A stretch of DNA of 64,000 nt from Isurus oxyrinchus. Lineage: Eukaryota. Where the stretch lies: the NCBI GenBank assembly GCA_026770705.1, contig JANJGN010000038.1, positions 2,852,001 to 2,916,000 of the forward strand. Direction: 5' to 3'. Each line of letters begins with the position of its first letter. Position 1 is the first letter of the stretch. The position numbers and the translations under genes were made by a program. Shown one piece after another: positions 63,254 through 64,000 of the stretch. The notes beneath the pieces were generated by a model. That model searched no databases and was not told the origin of the DNA. It worked only from the letters and a program-made list of their open reading frames with translations.

Positions 63254-64000
63254 ATAAGAACATGAGAACGAGGAGCAGGAGTTGGCAATTCAGCCCCTCG
63301 AGCCTGCCCCGCCATTCAATACGATCATGGCCGATCTCATTTTGGCCTCAACTCCAATTTCCCCCCTCTCCCCATAACCTTTAAACCCATTACTAATTAA
63401 AGATCTGTCTATCTCTTCCTTAAATTTATTCAGCGTCCCAGCATCAACTGTACTCTGAGGTGGTGAATTCCACAGGTTCACGACATTTTGAGAAAGGTAA
63501 TTTCTCCTCATCTCTGATTTAACACTACCACCCGTTAGGCAAAAGCTATGGTCTCCTGTTCTAGAAAGCCCCAGAAAGAGAAACATCCGCTCCATGTCTA
63601 CTTTGTCTATCCCCGTTAGCATCTTACATACCTCAATTAGATCTCCTGTCATCCTTATAAACTATAGCGAGTATTGGCCTAAAATGCTCAATCTCTCCTC
63701 TTAAGACAAACCCCGCATCGCTGGAATCAATCGAGTGAACCTCCTCTGAACCACATCCAGTGCAGCTATATCCTTCCTCAAGTAAGTGTGAATCTGTGCA
63801 CCATACCCCAGGTGCAGTCTCACCAATGCCTTGCCTACTTGCAACAAACACTTCCCTATTTTTATATTCTATGCTTTGAGCAATAAATGCCAAAATTCCA
63901 TTTGCCTTCCTTATTACCTGCTGTACCTGCATGCTACCTTTCAGCGATTCATGCACGAGGACATCCAGCTCCCTCTGCACTGAAGGATTCTGAAGTTTCT
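63254..64000 (-). mobile_element. CR1 LINE 3' portion in the Ig intron (continues beyond the window)
   Basis: GDLIEVCKML...RRNYLSQNVVNLWNS and QVQQVIRKANGILAFI fragments. Confidence 0.88.

Noticed and set aside
1-64000. V, D, J segments, recombination signal sequences, switch repeats or CRISPR arrays
   Set aside because: None recognised. The variable region would lie beyond position 64000, and the sequence is vertebrate.

Overview
Eukaryotic, repeat-rich DNA, almost certainly from a cartilaginous fish (shark-type). The only host gene is the 3' half of an immunoglobulin heavy-chain minilocus on the minus strand. It has four intact phase-1 constant-domain exons (61830-62135, 61425-61742, 57612-57932, 56784-57166, the last with a secretory tailpiece). 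These match the shared C-terminal four domains of IgW (Cw3-Cw6) and IgNAR (C2-C5); the TM exon favours IgW. The membrane exons are TM1 (51822-51979) and TM2 (43611-43619, VK*). The whole TM1-TM2-polyA cassette lies in a head-to-tail ~18.5 kb tandem duplication (15254-33916 and 33917-52404), so a second TM1/TM2 set exists downstream, with TM1 frameshifted into a hydrophilic tail. A candidate interspersed secretory exon lies at 60885-61036. The left 15 kb is a nested stack of retroelements. An old CR1 LINE contains a tRNA-headed LINE, which contains an 11.7 kb LTR provirus with a tRNA-Ser PBS, an integrase remnant and a decayed env resembling ERV4/lokiretrovirus env. The provirus in turn holds a CR1 and an inverted Penelope-like element with hammerhead-like motifs. 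The rest is decayed CR1/LINE/SINE sequence. Family assignments come from motif recognition without database searches, and the boundaries of decayed repeats are approximate.
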